From: a virus
DNA: 64,000 nucleotides
Virus record (IMG/VR): IMGVR_UViG_3300033146_000850
Location: 62,064 to 126,063 of that record
Reading direction: 5' to 3' (one strand)
The position numbers and the translations under genes were made by a program. The notes beneath the pieces are model-generated. The model was not told the DNA's origin, searched no databases, and saw only the letters and a program-made list of their open reading frames with translations. Each line of letters starts with the position of its first letter. The stretch's first letter is position 1. Positions 32,347 through 42,876 of the stretch are shown here, in pieces.

Positions 32347-32868
32347 CTAAATAATTTTTTTATTTTGGAAATTGATTGGTATAGTATCTCTATCATACCA
32401 ACCAACATCTAATATATCTCTAAACACTGCCATATCATAATTCGGACAAGTTTTCCCATTTGCCTTGGGTGTTTCGTAATGACCCATAACATTAGAGATA
32501 TCGATATCATGATTAGTTATTAATTCATTAGTTATATTATATAATGAATCAAACTGTTCATACGTAAAATTATCGACACCGATTATACATATACCAATAC
32601 TTCTACTATTATATCCTAAAGCGTGAGCACCAATTTCCGGTCCAATTAAGACACCATCACCATTAATACGTCTCCCAATTTCTATTTGACCATCTAACGA
32701 TTTTAAATAATATCCAGGTCGTATCTGACCATTCATAATGACAAAATGATACCCAATATCTGACCATCCACGTTCAGTATGCCAATCCCTAATAACATTA
32801 ACATCACCCCATTTTGAATCAGAACAATGTATTATAATACTATCAATCATTCCCATAATATTCTCCAA
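32347..32868 (-). CDS. N-acetylmuramoyl-L-alanine amidase (T7 lysozyme-like endolysin)
   Basis: IIIHCS, WHTERGWSDIGYHFVI, GAHALGYN, GHYE...KTCP. Confidence 0.92.
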   Translation of the reverse strand: MENIMGMIDSIIIHCSDSKWGDVNVIRDWHTERGWSDIGYHFVIMNGQIRPGYYLKSLDGQIEIGRRINGDGVLIGPEIGAHALGYNSRSIGICIIGVDNFTYEQFDSLYNITNELITNHDIDISNVMGHYETPKANGKTCPNYDMAVFRDILDVGWYDRDTIPINFQNKKII

Positions 32869-32892
32869 TATATGTAAATATAGTATTATTTA

Positions 32893-33039
32893 TTAATTAG
32901 ATTTGAATAATTGTTGAGATTCAGGCAGAGTTCTTTCGATGATTTCATTTTTATAACCGTTGAGTTTTAAAATGAGTGCTTCTATTTCATAATATGTTAA
33001 ATTTGAAAAATCAATATCATTAATATCTATTCTAATCAT
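32893..33039 (-). CDS. small hypothetical protein (48 aa, below ORF-track cutoff)
   Basis: MIRIDINDIDFSNLTYYEIEALILKLNGYKNEIIERTLPESQQLFKSN; ATGA overlap with dUTPase stop. Confidence 0.55.
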   Translation of the reverse strand: MIRIDINDIDFSNLTYYEIEALILKLNGYKNEIIERTLPESQQLFKSN

Positions 33040-33569
33040 TTTCCTGAATCTCCAAACCCTGAATAACCTCTATCAGAACCACTAGAAAACTCATCAACAA
33101 CTCTTAATTTATCATTATTAGGTATAAAAGATGTAGAAAACAACATTTGTCCAATTCTATCATCACAATTAATATTGAAATCATCATTACTTAAATTGAT
33201 AAGAATAACCCCAATATCATCTAAGTATCCGTTATCAACTGTGCCAGGTGAATTTACCAAACCAATACCATATTTTATAGCCATACCACTTCGAGGTCTA
33301 ACTTGGATATCAGGTATATTATAACCACCATCAACAACAATAGATGGTTTAGGTTGTTTAATCTGTATTCCAGTTTTAATTAAAACTCTTTCCATTGGTT
33401 TCAACACGAATGTTGAACAATCATCATCAAACCATACAGGGTCTTGAATTTTACCATTTTTAACAGTAGAGTATCCTCTAGCTCTTAAATCAAAACCACT
33501 ATCAAAATCATTTGCTTGTACAGGCATTACAGCACCGTGTGTTAACTTTATTTCATACATCATACTCAC
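33036..33569 (-). CDS. dut: trimeric dUTPase
   Basis: SGFDL, RPRSG, NSPGTVDNGY, DRIGQ, RGYSGFGDSG. Confidence 0.95.
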   Translation of the reverse strand: MSMMYEIKLTHGAVMPVQANDFDSGFDLRARGYSTVKNGKIQDPVWFDDDCSTFVLKPMERVLIKTGIQIKQPKPSIVVDGGYNIPDIQVRPRSGMAIKYGIGLVNSPGTVDNGYLDDIGVILINLSNDDFNINCDDRIGQMLFSTSFIPNNDKLRVVDEFSSGSDRGYSGFGDSGK

Positions 33570-33575
33570 TCCTTA

Positions 33576-33944
33576 TTATTCAATTTCATCAGGTAAATCT
33601 TCGGCACCTGATATTTCATCATCATAAGAAATTAAAACCTGTGTACCTCTTATCCCATAAAACTTATGAGGTAAAGTTGTTAAACTATCATCTATTTTCT
33701 TTACTTTAAATGTTACTTTCAAATTAATAGTATCCAATTGACTAAGATTAACTTCTAATTCATCAACACTATTAACTATATGCTCAAATCCCTCGGCTAC
33801 CATCACGACTTTTCCATCATCGTTAAATCTAACACTACCAACTTCTCTTGATTCATAAGAATCACCCATTGTTTCTTTAGCTACTGCATAATATTTTGCA
33901 ATAAAACCACAACCTCTATCGAATTTTAATTTTGTACTAGCCAT
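33576..33944 (-). CDS. hypothetical protein
   Basis: AAGGAG RBS; directly behind an early promoter. Confidence 0.65.
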   Translation of the reverse strand: MASTKLKFDRGCGFIAKYYAVAKETMGDSYESREVGSVRFNDDGKVVMVAEGFEHIVNSVDELEVNLSQLDTINLKVTFKVKKIDDSLTTLPHKFYGIRGTQVLISYDDEISGAEDLPDEIE

Positions 33945-33980
33945 TTAAATCTCCTTTAATGTAATCAAAAATACAATAAT

Positions 33981-34009
33981 AATATATCATATATTTTAAC
34001 GTTTGTCAA
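33981..34009 (-). promoter_or_regulatory. sigma70-type early promoter
   Basis: TTGACA-17nt-TATATT with TG extension. Confidence 0.7.
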
Positions 34010-34021
34010 ATTTTTATTGAA

Positions 34022-34654
34022 TTAATTTTCAGTTTCAACAATATCTGCCTCTAACACGAACAAATAAGGATATGATATATCAGTAACATCATCAATGCTA
34101 TATTTTGAATCTATAACATCAGAAGTTTCAATCATATCAGTAGTTAAATCGACTACTTTTTTAATTTTATCAAAATTAACAGTGATACTATTTAACATAT
34201 ACTCGAAAAATTGAATAATTCTAACATTAGATGAATCAATTGCTTTTTTATTTAAATATAATCCTATTTCAACCATATTATCCATAACAGTATCGATACT
34301 AAATACTGGAAAAGATGATAAATATAGAGCTATTTCATTAGTTATATTTGGAAATTTATTTTTATCCATAACTACAACCATACCAGGGTCATCCTCTGAT
34401 TGTTTATAATATTCAAATGTAACATCACCTGATGATATTAACCCGATGGCATTATATATTTGTTCAGTTATAAAATCCAACACAGGTCTATACCCTTTTA
34501 ATTTATAACTAATATTGTATGATGTATTAGTTTTATCAACACTCTTAGTAAAAACAAACCCTTCTTTGGGTAGAAATTTATCATTCATTTTTTTCAATGC
34601 CTTCTTTTTCAAATTAATTTTATTAGTTGATTCTTTTTTCTTAACATACGTCAT
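34022..34654 (-). CDS. hypothetical protein
   Basis: 210-aa ORF in the gp55-gp47-groES operon. Confidence 0.6.
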   Translation of the reverse strand: MTYVKKKESTNKINLKKKALKKMNDKFLPKEGFVFTKSVDKTNTSYNISYKLKGYRPVLDFITEQIYNAIGLISSGDVTFEYYKQSEDDPGMVVVMDKNKFPNITNEIALYLSSFPVFSIDTVMDNMVEIGLYLNKKAIDSSNVRIIQFFEYMLNSITVNFDKIKKVVDLTTDMIETSDVIDSKYSIDDVTDISYPYLFVLEADIVETEN

Positions 34655-34655
34655 A

Positions 34656-35024
34656 TTATACCCCTAAATTTAAATTATTAGTTGATTCATTAACAGTTAT
34701 TTTAATATCCATTTTGCCATCTTTCAAATCTTCTTTTTTATAAACACAAAGTATATTATTCATACCCAACAACATTAACTCTTCATTGTTAACATTGGCA
34801 TTATGTCCTCTATGTGTTTGGAATACAACAATATCCCCTTTATTCAATCCTAAATTATTATATATCCCAGTCCTTTTATTTAAAACACCTTTTCCAACCC
34901 CTACAATCACACCTAAAGCTTTTTGATTAGGAATAGGTAATATTATACCACTATCCGTTTTTTCATCTGAATCAATCCTTTTAATCAATACCAAATCACC
35001 AATAGGTTTTAACTCAACACTCAT
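34656..35024 (-). CDS. groES: GroES-family co-chaperonin
   Basis: LKPIGDLVLIKR...KTDSGIILP...VGVGKG...GDIV. Confidence 0.9.
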   Translation of the reverse strand: MSVELKPIGDLVLIKRIDSDEKTDSGIILPIPNQKALGVIVGVGKGVLNKRTGIYNNLGLNKGDIVVFQTHRGHNANVNNEELMLLGMNNILCVYKKEDLKDGKMDIKITVNESTNNLNLGV

Positions 35025-35035
35025 ATAAACCTCCT

Positions 35036-36163
35036 TTATATTTCAAAATTTTGCATAATTTCAACCTTGACACTATTGTATACATTTATAAATGAATTAT
35101 AAAATTCATCTTTTTCATCATCATCAATATTTATTCCATATATATAATCTTTTATCAACCATTCTAGGTTCAATTCAACATTATTAACACCACTATCTGA
35201 ATGCACAAGTTCAAGGTCGTCATCATCAGTATTTGCTACGTCAATATCACTATTAAAAAATTCAAAATTATTTATAATTGTAACTTTATTTCCAAATTTT
35301 TCTAATCTTAATTTAAAATTATATATTTCATCTTCTATATCATCAACATTAAAAATTATTTTATAATATTTATAATACCCCAAATCACATTCTAAATGTG
35401 TATATTTTGAAATATCATCAAGACATTTTATATTGATAGTTTCATACATTACATATTCATTACGATGAAATGTAAAAATATCATTTTCCAAAGTGTAGAA
35501 GCCAAGTTCTAAACCAGCATCACTCCAAGCTAATTGGTATGGAACACCTGGATATAGCACTTTAGAATCTTCTTGTGGTAAATGATAATGTCCAGATACT
35601 ATTTTTTTTAAATTTGGAAATCTACTAATAATATCTTTTTTTGTTAGTGCTGTTTCATTACTATTTTCAGCAAATCTTGTATGCATATATCCAAACATAT
35701 CGAAATGACCAAAAACATATTCTATGTTTTCAATATTTTCAATTGATTCAAACAATTCAACATATTCTTCTTTGGTATTTCTCCAATTGAAAAATGCATA
35801 ATTATCGATTACTAAATAATCAACAAAAGAAATACTGTTAATGTTATCTCTATTCCGAAATACAACATCCACAGAATCTAATTTATAACTATTTTTATGA
35901 TATAATACATGATTACCATTTATCATTATGATTTCAACATTATATTCTGATATTTTTGATAACAAATCTAATGCATAATCCATAACATTAATATTTATTG
36001 TTTGTTTATTTGTAAATATATCACCTAGAAATATAACATATCTAACTTCGTTTTTATTTAAATAATCAAAAACTTGTTCAAAAAATAAATCCTGATAAAT
36101 TAAAAAATTACTATCACCATTTTTCATATCTAAATGTATATCACTGATAATTAAATCTTTCAT
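35036..36163 (-). CDS. gp47: recombination nuclease (gp47/Mre11/SbcD)
   Basis: ISDIH, LGDIF, GNH, GHFD, SGHYH, YPGVPYQLAWSD. Confidence 0.9.
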   Translation of the reverse strand: MKDLIISDIHLDMKNGDSNFLIYQDLFFEQVFDYLNKNEVRYVIFLGDIFTNKQTININVMDYALDLLSKISEYNVEIIMINGNHVLYHKNSYKLDSVDVVFRNRDNINSISFVDYLVIDNYAFFNWRNTKEEYVELFESIENIENIEYVFGHFDMFGYMHTRFAENSNETALTKKDIISRFPNLKKIVSGHYHLPQEDSKVLYPGVPYQLAWSDAGLELGFYTLENDIFTFHRNEYVMYETINIKCLDDISKYTHLECDLGYYKYYKIIFNVDDIEDEIYNFKLRLEKFGNKVTIINNFEFFNSDIDVANTDDDDLELVHSDSGVNNVELNLEWLIKDYIYGINIDDDEKDEFYNSFINVYNSVKVEIMQNFEI

Positions 36164-36625
36164 TTATACATCTCCAATGTTAATATATCCACCATTCTTT
36201 TTTCTAGATTTCTCACGTCTATTTTCTTCAATATCTTTTTTGATTTGATTGTTAAAAGGTTTATTAGCTTTATGGTAGGCATCCTCAACCATATCTAATT
36301 TAAAATTACTATAGCTATATTTTTTCTTCAAATAATATCTAAATGCATTAATAACAATACTTGTAAAATAAGCAAATGCGTTAGCTCTATTTGTATCAAA
36401 TTTATGTAAAGATTTTAAACAAGCAATAACAGCATCCGTTCTCATATCCTCCTTGTCAGCTAACGAATAATTATTAAAAAATTTAGAATGTGTATTTTTT
36501 TCAGCTAATTTAAATATCATATCTCCTAAATTATCAGAAACCTTTTTTGTTTCATTAAATTTGCAAATTTCATTATGAAATTCCTGTTTGTCTATATAAT
36601 ATTTTGTTACCATTTTGACCTCCAT
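36164..36625 (-). CDS. gp55: late-transcription sigma factor
   Basis: YYIDKQEF, FNNYS...EDM..DA...C, NAFAYFT...NAF. Confidence 0.88.
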   Translation of the reverse strand: MEVKMVTKYYIDKQEFHNEICKFNETKKVSDNLGDMIFKLAEKNTHSKFFNNYSLADKEDMRTDAVIACLKSLHKFDTNRANAFAYFTSIVINAFRYYLKKKYSYSNFKLDMVEDAYHKANKPFNNQIKKDIEENRREKSRKKNGGYINIGDV

Positions 36626-37080
36626 TGTTGAATTAATAACTTTTATCTATTTTATATATCACACACAAACAAAAAAGTTAAAATTTTTATTAAATATCAA
36701 TATCTAAAACTTTTATAAACCATTTCTATTGGATAAAATACGTCTAAATGGAACATAAATGCCCACCATTGAATAAAAATACATTTTGAATGCTATGTTA
36801 TATGTTAATATGTTTTCATTGCTTAAAATTAAAATTTGGACGTTTTTAAAAAATGTCGTATCCTATTCTTCGCCCGCACGCACACACACCCGCTCCCGCA
36901 CGCACACACGCACGTTTATACTGGTATATTCATGCTGGGGGTTTACCCCCGTGACACCGTTAGGTGTCACTTGTTTTTTATAAAAAATGATTTTATGACG
37001 AGCGAAGCGAGGAATAAAATTATACTTATAAAAAACAACTATTGGTAATACACGATTTTACAAAGAATAAGAGAAATAAG

Positions 37081-37170
37081 AAAAGAATAAGAAAAGAAAA
37101 TATATAAAAGAAAAGAATAAGAAAAGAAAATATATAAAAGAAAAGAATAAGAAAAGAAAATATATAAAAG
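37081..37170. repeat. 30-bp perfect tandem repeat x3 in a purine-rich tract
   Basis: aaaagaataagaaaagaaaatatataaaag x3. Confidence 0.95.
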
Positions 37171-37280
37171 AAAAGAATAAGAAAATAAAGAAAAAAAAAG
37201 TGAAGAATAAGAAAGAAAAGAAAAAAAAAGTAAAAAAAAAGAAAAATTCTGGAGGCTCAAACTTTTGAACGGTTTTAAAA

Positions 37281-37355
37281 ATATCCACTGGTAACAAATA
37301 TATCCATTGTAACAAATGTATCCACTGGTAACAATTATATCCATTGTAACAAATG
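37281..37355. repeat. iteron-like 18-19-bp repeats x4
   Basis: TATCCA(C/T)TG(G)TAACAA(A/T)T units; partial copy at about 37625-37649. Confidence 0.85.
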
Positions 37356-37360
37356 TACCT

Positions 37361-37744
37361 GACTAATAATTGACAAGGTTGATGTTGTCTCACTTCGTTC
37401 AACAAATCAAACCTATCAATTATGTGCCGTAAGAACGGCACGCTATGGTGGGTTTTCAAATTGTAATTAATATATCATCAACATTTTAAAATCATTTCCA
37501 TTGGATAAAATATATCTAAATGGAACATAAATGCCCACCATTGAATGAAAATACATTTTGAATGTTAAGTTATATGTTAATATGTTTTCATTGTTTAAAA
37601 TTAAAATTTGGACGTTTTTAAAATATATACATTGGTAACAATTATATCCGACTAATAATTGACAAGGTTGATGTTGTCTCACTTCGTTCAACAAATCAAA
37701 CCTATCAATTATGTGCCGTAAGAACGGCACGCTATGGTGGGTTT
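37361..37744. repeat. repeat B: 95-bp identical direct repeat (37361-37455 and 37650-37744)
   Basis: gactaataattgacaagg...gtgccgtaagaacggcacgctatggtgggttt present twice. Confidence 0.95.
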
Positions 37745-37776
37745 GTAAATTATTTTAAATATTTAACATATAAAAT

Positions 37777-37805
37777 TTGACTTTTTAAAAATAATATGAT
37801 ATATT
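37777..37805 (+). promoter_or_regulatory. sigma70-type early promoter for ligase
   Basis: TTGACT-17nt-TATATT with TG extension. Confidence 0.7.
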
Positions 37806-37843
37806 AACTCGTAAAATGTTTTTATTTCATGATGGAGTGACAA

Positions 37844-39892
37844 ATGGTTAATATTAAAAATGTTGATATTATAAAAAGATTAGAATTAGACATTATAAAA
37901 CATAGATATTTATATTACACTGGAAATCCTAAAATTTCAGATTATGAATATGATAAACTTGAATCTGAACTAAAAAAAATTGATAAAAACAATAGATTAT
38001 TTGATGAAATTGGATTTAATCAATCTGAATCGACTTTTAATAAAATTAAACACACGGTTAAAATGCCATCACAAGGAAAAGTATATTCAAAATATGAATT
38101 TTTAAATGTTTTTGATTCAAATGTAAAAATATTAGTTGGAAGTTATAAAATAGATGGTTTTGCTATAACATTAAAATATCAATACAATAAGATTATAAAT
38201 AAATACATTTTAAAATATGGTGCAACACGTGGTAATGGAGTTGAAGGTGAAGATATTACCGAAAATATTAAAATGATTAAAGATATTCCATTAACTTTAG
38301 ATGTTGATAGTAAGATTGCATCTGATGAGATTGAAATTCGTGGTGAAATATACATGAAGAAATCTATTTTTAATAAAGTTGCAAAGAAAGCTATGATGGA
38401 AGAAGGTAAAGAATATAAAACACCTAGAAATTTATCAGCTGGGTCTGCTAGAAACAAGAACCCACTTGTAACTAAAGAGCGTGAGTTGAATTTCTTTTGT
38501 TATGACGTTTTAGGATTATACATGTATAATTATTCTGATAGATTATCCTATATTTCTAGTGTAAATATTCCTATTGTTGAGTTTAGTAAAATTGATATTA
38601 ATGATTCTGAAAAATATTATCAAAAATGTGTAGTTGAAAGGGATTTGTTAGATTATGATATTGACGGTGTATGTTATAGGATTGATGATGATAGATTGTA
38701 TAAATCAGTTGGAAGCACTTCACACCATCCTAAAGGGTCTATAGCCTGGAAATTTAAACCTGAAAGTGAAATAACAACTTTAAAAAATATTGAATGGCAA
38801 GTATCTAGAACTAGACAAATTAATGCGGTAGCAATAATTAACCCTGTTGAATTAGGAGGTGCCGAGATTAATAGGGTATCGTTACATAATATTTCAATAA
38901 TGAAAAAGTTAAATATTAATATTGGGGATGATGTTATGGTGTCTAGAAGAGGAGATGTTATCCCTCATATTGAATCATTAGTCACTAAAAGAAATGATAA
39001 AGATATCGATATTCCAAAAATTTGTCCATCTTGTGGTGAGTCAACCGAGATAATTATTAATCCTAAAAGTGGAATTGAGAAACTTTTTTGTACAAATGAA
39101 AATTGTACGGCTGTTAAAATATCCGAGTTTGAACATTTTGTTGACATTATGAATATGAAAGGATTGGCAGTTTCAACACTAACAAAAATGTTAAAATCTA
39201 ACCTTATTACAGATTTTTCTGATTTGTTCAAATTAAATATTGAAATGTTAATGACTATTGATGGTATTAAAAAGAAAAGTGCTGAAAAATTATTTAATAC
39301 TATACAATTCAATCGTAAAAAAACATTAGATGTGTTTTTAAGCTCTTTAGGTGTTAATTCACTAGGTAGGTCTGTTTCTGAATTAGTTGCCCAAAATTTT
39401 GATAATTTAAATGAATTACTAGGTGATTATGGGTATGTGTTTAATAAATTATGTTCTATTGAAGGTATTTCTGAAATAATTGCTAATAATATTATTAATG
39501 GAATTAACTCAAAAATACAAGTTATTAATAATTTACTATTAGAAGTAGAAATAATAACAATGGATGATATAAAAGGTTGTCTTGATGGTAAATTGTTTTG
39601 TATATCTGGGTCTATGACGAATGGTAAGAACGCTATTAAGAATTTAATAATTAAATATGGTGGTGTAGTTAAATCATCAGTTGTTAAAAATTTAAATTTT
39701 TTAATTGCTGGTACAGGTTCAGGTAGTAAATCAACAAAAGCAGAATCGTTAAATATACCAATAATAAGTGAATCTGATTTTATGTCTATGATTGGAGTTA
39801 ATAATATTGAAAAATTAGAAACAATTGAAAAATTAGAAACAATTAAAAAAAAAGATAATAATATTGATAAATGGTTAAAAAGTGAGGTGTGA
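37844..39892 (+). CDS. ligA: NAD-dependent DNA ligase
   Basis: YY..P.ISD.EYD, KIDG, TRGNGVEGEDIT, EIRGE, DG, AWKF, CPSC zinc finger, HhH, BRCT. Confidence 0.96.
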   Translation: MVNIKNVDIIKRLELDIIKHRYLYYTGNPKISDYEYDKLESELKKIDKNNRLFDEIGFNQSESTFNKIKHTVKMPSQGKVYSKYEFLNVFDSNVKILVGSYKIDGFAITLKYQYNKIINKYILKYGATRGNGVEGEDITENIKMIKDIPLTLDVDSKIASDEIEIRGEIYMKKSIFNKVAKKAMMEEGKEYKTPRNLSAGSARNKNPLVTKERELNFFCYDVLGLYMYNYSDRLSYISSVNIPIVEFSKIDINDSEKYYQKCVVERDLLDYDIDGVCYRIDDDRLYKSVGSTSHHPKGSIAWKFKPESEITTLKNIEWQVSRTRQINAVAIINPVELGGAEINRVSLHNISIMKKLNINIGDDVMVSRRGDVIPHIESLVTKRNDKDIDIPKICPSCGESTEIIINPKSGIEKLFCTNENCTAVKISEFEHFVDIMNMKGLAVSTLTKMLKSNLITDFSDLFKLNIEMLMTIDGIKKKSAEKLFNTIQFNRKKTLDVFLSSLGVNSLGRSVSELVAQNFDNLNELLGDYGYVFNKLCSIEGISEIIANNIINGINSKIQVINNLLLEVEIITMDDIKGCLDGKLFCISGSMTNGKNAIKNLIIKYGGVVKSSVVKNLNFLIAGTGSGSKSTKAESLNIPIISESDFMSMIGVNNIEKLETIEKLETIKKKDNNIDKWLKSEV

Positions 39893-39896
39893 TGTG

Positions 39897-40259
39897 ATGA
39901 GAAAAATATTTATTTTTATGATTATTGTAATTATTAGTTCCAACCTGTTATCGAATGAGCAAGTTGAATATTTATTTTTATATAATGTTAAAAAGGTAAT
40001 TTCTCCTGTTAAATTTATAATGAATGATATGGAAAAAGATTATGTCATTGAGATATCTGGTCTATATGTTCCAAGTTGGGCTAAAAAGAAAAGATTTTAT
40101 AAAAATATACATAAGAAATTGAAAAAACAATCAGTTTTTCAATTCTCCAATTGTGAAATTCGTAAATATAAAATTGTTTGTTATGATATGATGTTAGGTG
40201 TTGATTCATATAGACAATATCTATTAAAAAAGAAATTAGCTAGAGAATTTTCTAAATAA
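39897..40259 (+). CDS. secreted protein, possibly degenerate thermonuclease-like fold
   Basis: Signal peptide; VKKVIS...ISGLYVP...YLLKKKLAR spacing resembles SNase but catalytic residues are absent. Confidence 0.45.
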   Translation: MRKIFIFMIIVIISSNLLSNEQVEYLFLYNVKKVISPVKFIMNDMEKDYVIEISGLYVPSWAKKKRFYKNIHKKLKKQSVFQFSNCEIRKYKIVCYDMMLGVDSYRQYLLKKKLAREFSK

Positions 40260-40349
40260 ATATCACATCAATAATATAACAATATTTAAAATATTTCAAT
40301 AAAATCTAAAAATAATAAATAACAATAGTGAATATAATTATAGGATATT

Positions 40350-41456
40350 ATGATGGAAAAAGTTATAGTAATAGTTGACAATTTTCAACTCATACATATT
40401 GGACACCAGCAATTATTAGAATCTATAAAATTAAAAATGGATACTTATGGAATTGATAAGTGTATTATTTTTATAGCAGATGAAGAGGGTGATGTGTTAG
40501 GGTATATGGAAAAGGAGGCTTTATTAGATGTTTTAATACGTGGGGATGAGAAAATAGAAATATTTCAAGTTCCTAATTTGAAAATATTCAAAGAGATAAA
40601 AAAACTTGAACAAGATGGTATGGATGTTGTTGCTGTATATACTGAACCAAACCAATCAAGCTACGTATCAGCTTCAATTAATGGATTACCTACTGAACTA
40701 CGAACATATGTTCACAATATAAACACTCAAGAAATTGAGGAATATATAATTAAAGGTATGTATCAAGAATATTGTAAATTTATGCCAACATCATTGTGGG
40801 CTGAATTTCAAAATTTAAAAGAAATATATAATATGAACAAATTAACAGAAAGTATGGAGAATCAAATGACAGTTAAAATTAATAAGACAGAATTAGAGTC
40901 TTATCTGGGTGATATTATTGATAAACATATTACTCAAATTGAGGAATCTAAAAGTAAAGAAATGATATTAACTAAATCTGAACTTAAAAGTATTGTTGAG
41001 GATATCATCGTTGAGAAATTAAAAGGTCAAGAATACGATAGTATGCACGATTTAAAAATGCGTATATTGAGAGGATTAAATAAAATATCTAAGAGCAAAT
41101 GGTTGTTAACAGTTTCTAATGTAGGGAAAAGAAATGATGGTAACTATGTTATTAAATTAACAGGTTCTGGTAACACTGTTTTAAGTATTTTTTGGGGTGA
41201 AGATGTTGAGGGTGATTTTTTATTTTCAACTACCATATCATTAATTGCTGGTGATATATATTCTACGAAAATGTACAGGTTTATGATGATGCTTATAGAT
41301 AAACAGGATTACGTTTCTGAATTATTGAAATCTACAGAAGAAACATTATATGAAATGAATAATAAGGGTCCTATTGAAGATAAGGATAAAGTTGAAAATG
41401 TAGATATACCTGAAAATCCTGAAATAAATATTGAAGATGAAGATATGGATGTTTAA
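40350..41456 (+). CDS. cytidylyltransferase-like (HIGH) domain protein
   Basis: N-terminal NFQLIHIGHQQL. Confidence 0.6.
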   Translation: MMEKVIVIVDNFQLIHIGHQQLLESIKLKMDTYGIDKCIIFIADEEGDVLGYMEKEALLDVLIRGDEKIEIFQVPNLKIFKEIKKLEQDGMDVVAVYTEPNQSSYVSASINGLPTELRTYVHNINTQEIEEYIIKGMYQEYCKFMPTSLWAEFQNLKEIYNMNKLTESMENQMTVKINKTELESYLGDIIDKHITQIEESKSKEMILTKSELKSIVEDIIVEKLKGQEYDSMHDLKMRILRGLNKISKSKWLLTVSNVGKRNDGNYVIKLTGSGNTVLSIFWGEDVEGDFLFSTTISLIAGDIYSTKMYRFMMMLIDKQDYVSELLKSTEETLYEMNNKGPIEDKDKVENVDIPENPEINIEDEDMDV

Positions 41457-42368
41457 ATGATTGATTTTACAACCTATTTAAATGAAAGATATGATGATGA
41501 ATTATTTATAGATAGTGATAGGTTAATACTTGCTTGTGATTTATATGAATGGTTGAATAATATTGATAATTTAAATGAGGATGTGGATGTAAGTGATGAT
41601 GAACAGGATAAAGGTGATGATGAACGGGATAAAGGTGATGAAGTACGAGCAGATGAATGGTTTAAACAATTAACTGATAAAATCTATTCAAATAGAAAAA
41701 GTAAAGCTAATACATTTACGAATTATCGAAAAAGTAATGCTGTTATGTTGGGAAGGGTGTATGCTTTTAGATATGACCCCAAAAATAAAAATACATTATC
41801 ATTTTTTGATGAGACACCTCTAGTGATACCTTTTGATTTTAAAGATGGTGTTGATAGTTTGGGATTTTTAGGTATAAATTTACATTTTATCCCTAGATAT
41901 CAACGAAAAGCTGTTATTCAATATTTTATAAAGAAAAATCCTGAACAAGTTATGAAACAGGGTAAAATAGATATAAGTTATGTTCAGGATTTGAAAAATA
42001 ATCCAAAGTTTAAATATGTTTATTATTGTATTAGACATTATCTTTTAGACCACGTTAGAGGTGGGTTCTATGTCATTCCACAAGAGGATTATATCAATGT
42101 TATTGATTTATATTCAGGTAAGTATATAGGTAAATCAGAATCAGAAATAATTAACATTATTAAAAATAGTTATACTGATAGTTTAATGACTCCTAGAATA
42201 AAAGCTATAAAAAAGAAGAGAGAAGAACGAAATAAGAAAAGACGGATTGCATATAAAAATAAACAAGATAAATCTAAATTAAACACAAATGTTAAACCAG
42301 TTTCGGGTGTTATAGATACCCACGTCAAACCTTCTGATAAAAAAGGTACAATAAATGGTAATATATAG
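41457..42368 (+). CDS. gp2: DNA end protector protein
   Basis: YAFRYDPKNKNTLSFFDETPLV, FLGINLHFIP, CIRHYL. Confidence 0.88.
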   Translation: MIDFTTYLNERYDDELFIDSDRLILACDLYEWLNNIDNLNEDVDVSDDEQDKGDDERDKGDEVRADEWFKQLTDKIYSNRKSKANTFTNYRKSNAVMLGRVYAFRYDPKNKNTLSFFDETPLVIPFDFKDGVDSLGFLGINLHFIPRYQRKAVIQYFIKKNPEQVMKQGKIDISYVQDLKNNPKFKYVYYCIRHYLLDHVRGGFYVIPQEDYINVIDLYSGKYIGKSESEIINIIKNSYTDSLMTPRIKAIKKKREERNKKRRIAYKNKQDKSKLNTNVKPVSGVIDTHVKPSDKKGTINGNI

Positions 42369-42379
42369 AGGAGTTTATT

Positions 42380-42859
42380 ATGACTGATAAAAAGACAATG
42401 TTGAAGATTGAGGAAAGTGTTTCTAAATTTTTTAAAGATATTAATATTTTAGTTGAAGGACGAGATGATTATGATATTGATGATGAAAGTATCATTGATG
42501 ATTCTCCTAATGATAAACAAGAGTCACCTGTTGAAAATGAACAGAAACCTGATATTGATAATGAAATGTCTGAGCCTGTAATTGATGATGAGCCTGATGA
42601 TGAGCCTGATGTTGATGATGAGCTATCTAAACCTGGTGAGGATGAATCTTCAACTGATGATGGTGAGAATCATATTAGGAAAGGTTTGAATAAGGAGCAT
42701 AAGTCAAAATTAAGGAAATGGTTATTAACTAATAAGAAATTGAATAATCCTAGTTTTCAAGGTTTAGTTGACCAAATGGATATTGATTTTGATGAATCTA
42801 ATGAATATATATTTAAAATAGCATCAGTACTTTTAAAACAACATTTAGAAAAAAAATAA
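42380..42859 (+). CDS. hypothetical acidic protein
   Basis: GAGGAG RBS. Confidence 0.6.
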   Translation: MTDKKTMLKIEESVSKFFKDINILVEGRDDYDIDDESIIDDSPNDKQESPVENEQKPDIDNEMSEPVIDDEPDDEPDVDDELSKPGEDESSTDDGENHIRKGLNKEHKSKLRKWLLTNKKLNNPSFQGLVDQMDIDFDESNEYIFKIASVLLKQHLEKK

Positions 42860-42876
42860 TATAGGGTGTAGTTATA

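Larger units (their letters stand above)
36721..37623. repeat. repeat A: 131-bp imperfect direct repeat (36721-36851 and 37493-37623)
   Basis: ttggataaaata..tctaaatggaacataaatgcccaccattgaat...aaaatttggacgtttttaaaa present twice. Confidence 0.9.

Noticed and set aside
37081-37355. CRISPR array
   Set aside because: Repeats are contiguous with no unique spacers, and there are no cas genes
36786-37730. ORFs 36786, 36836, 37039, 37058, 37467
   Set aside because: Low-complexity translations of the repeat region with no RBS; treated as non-coding
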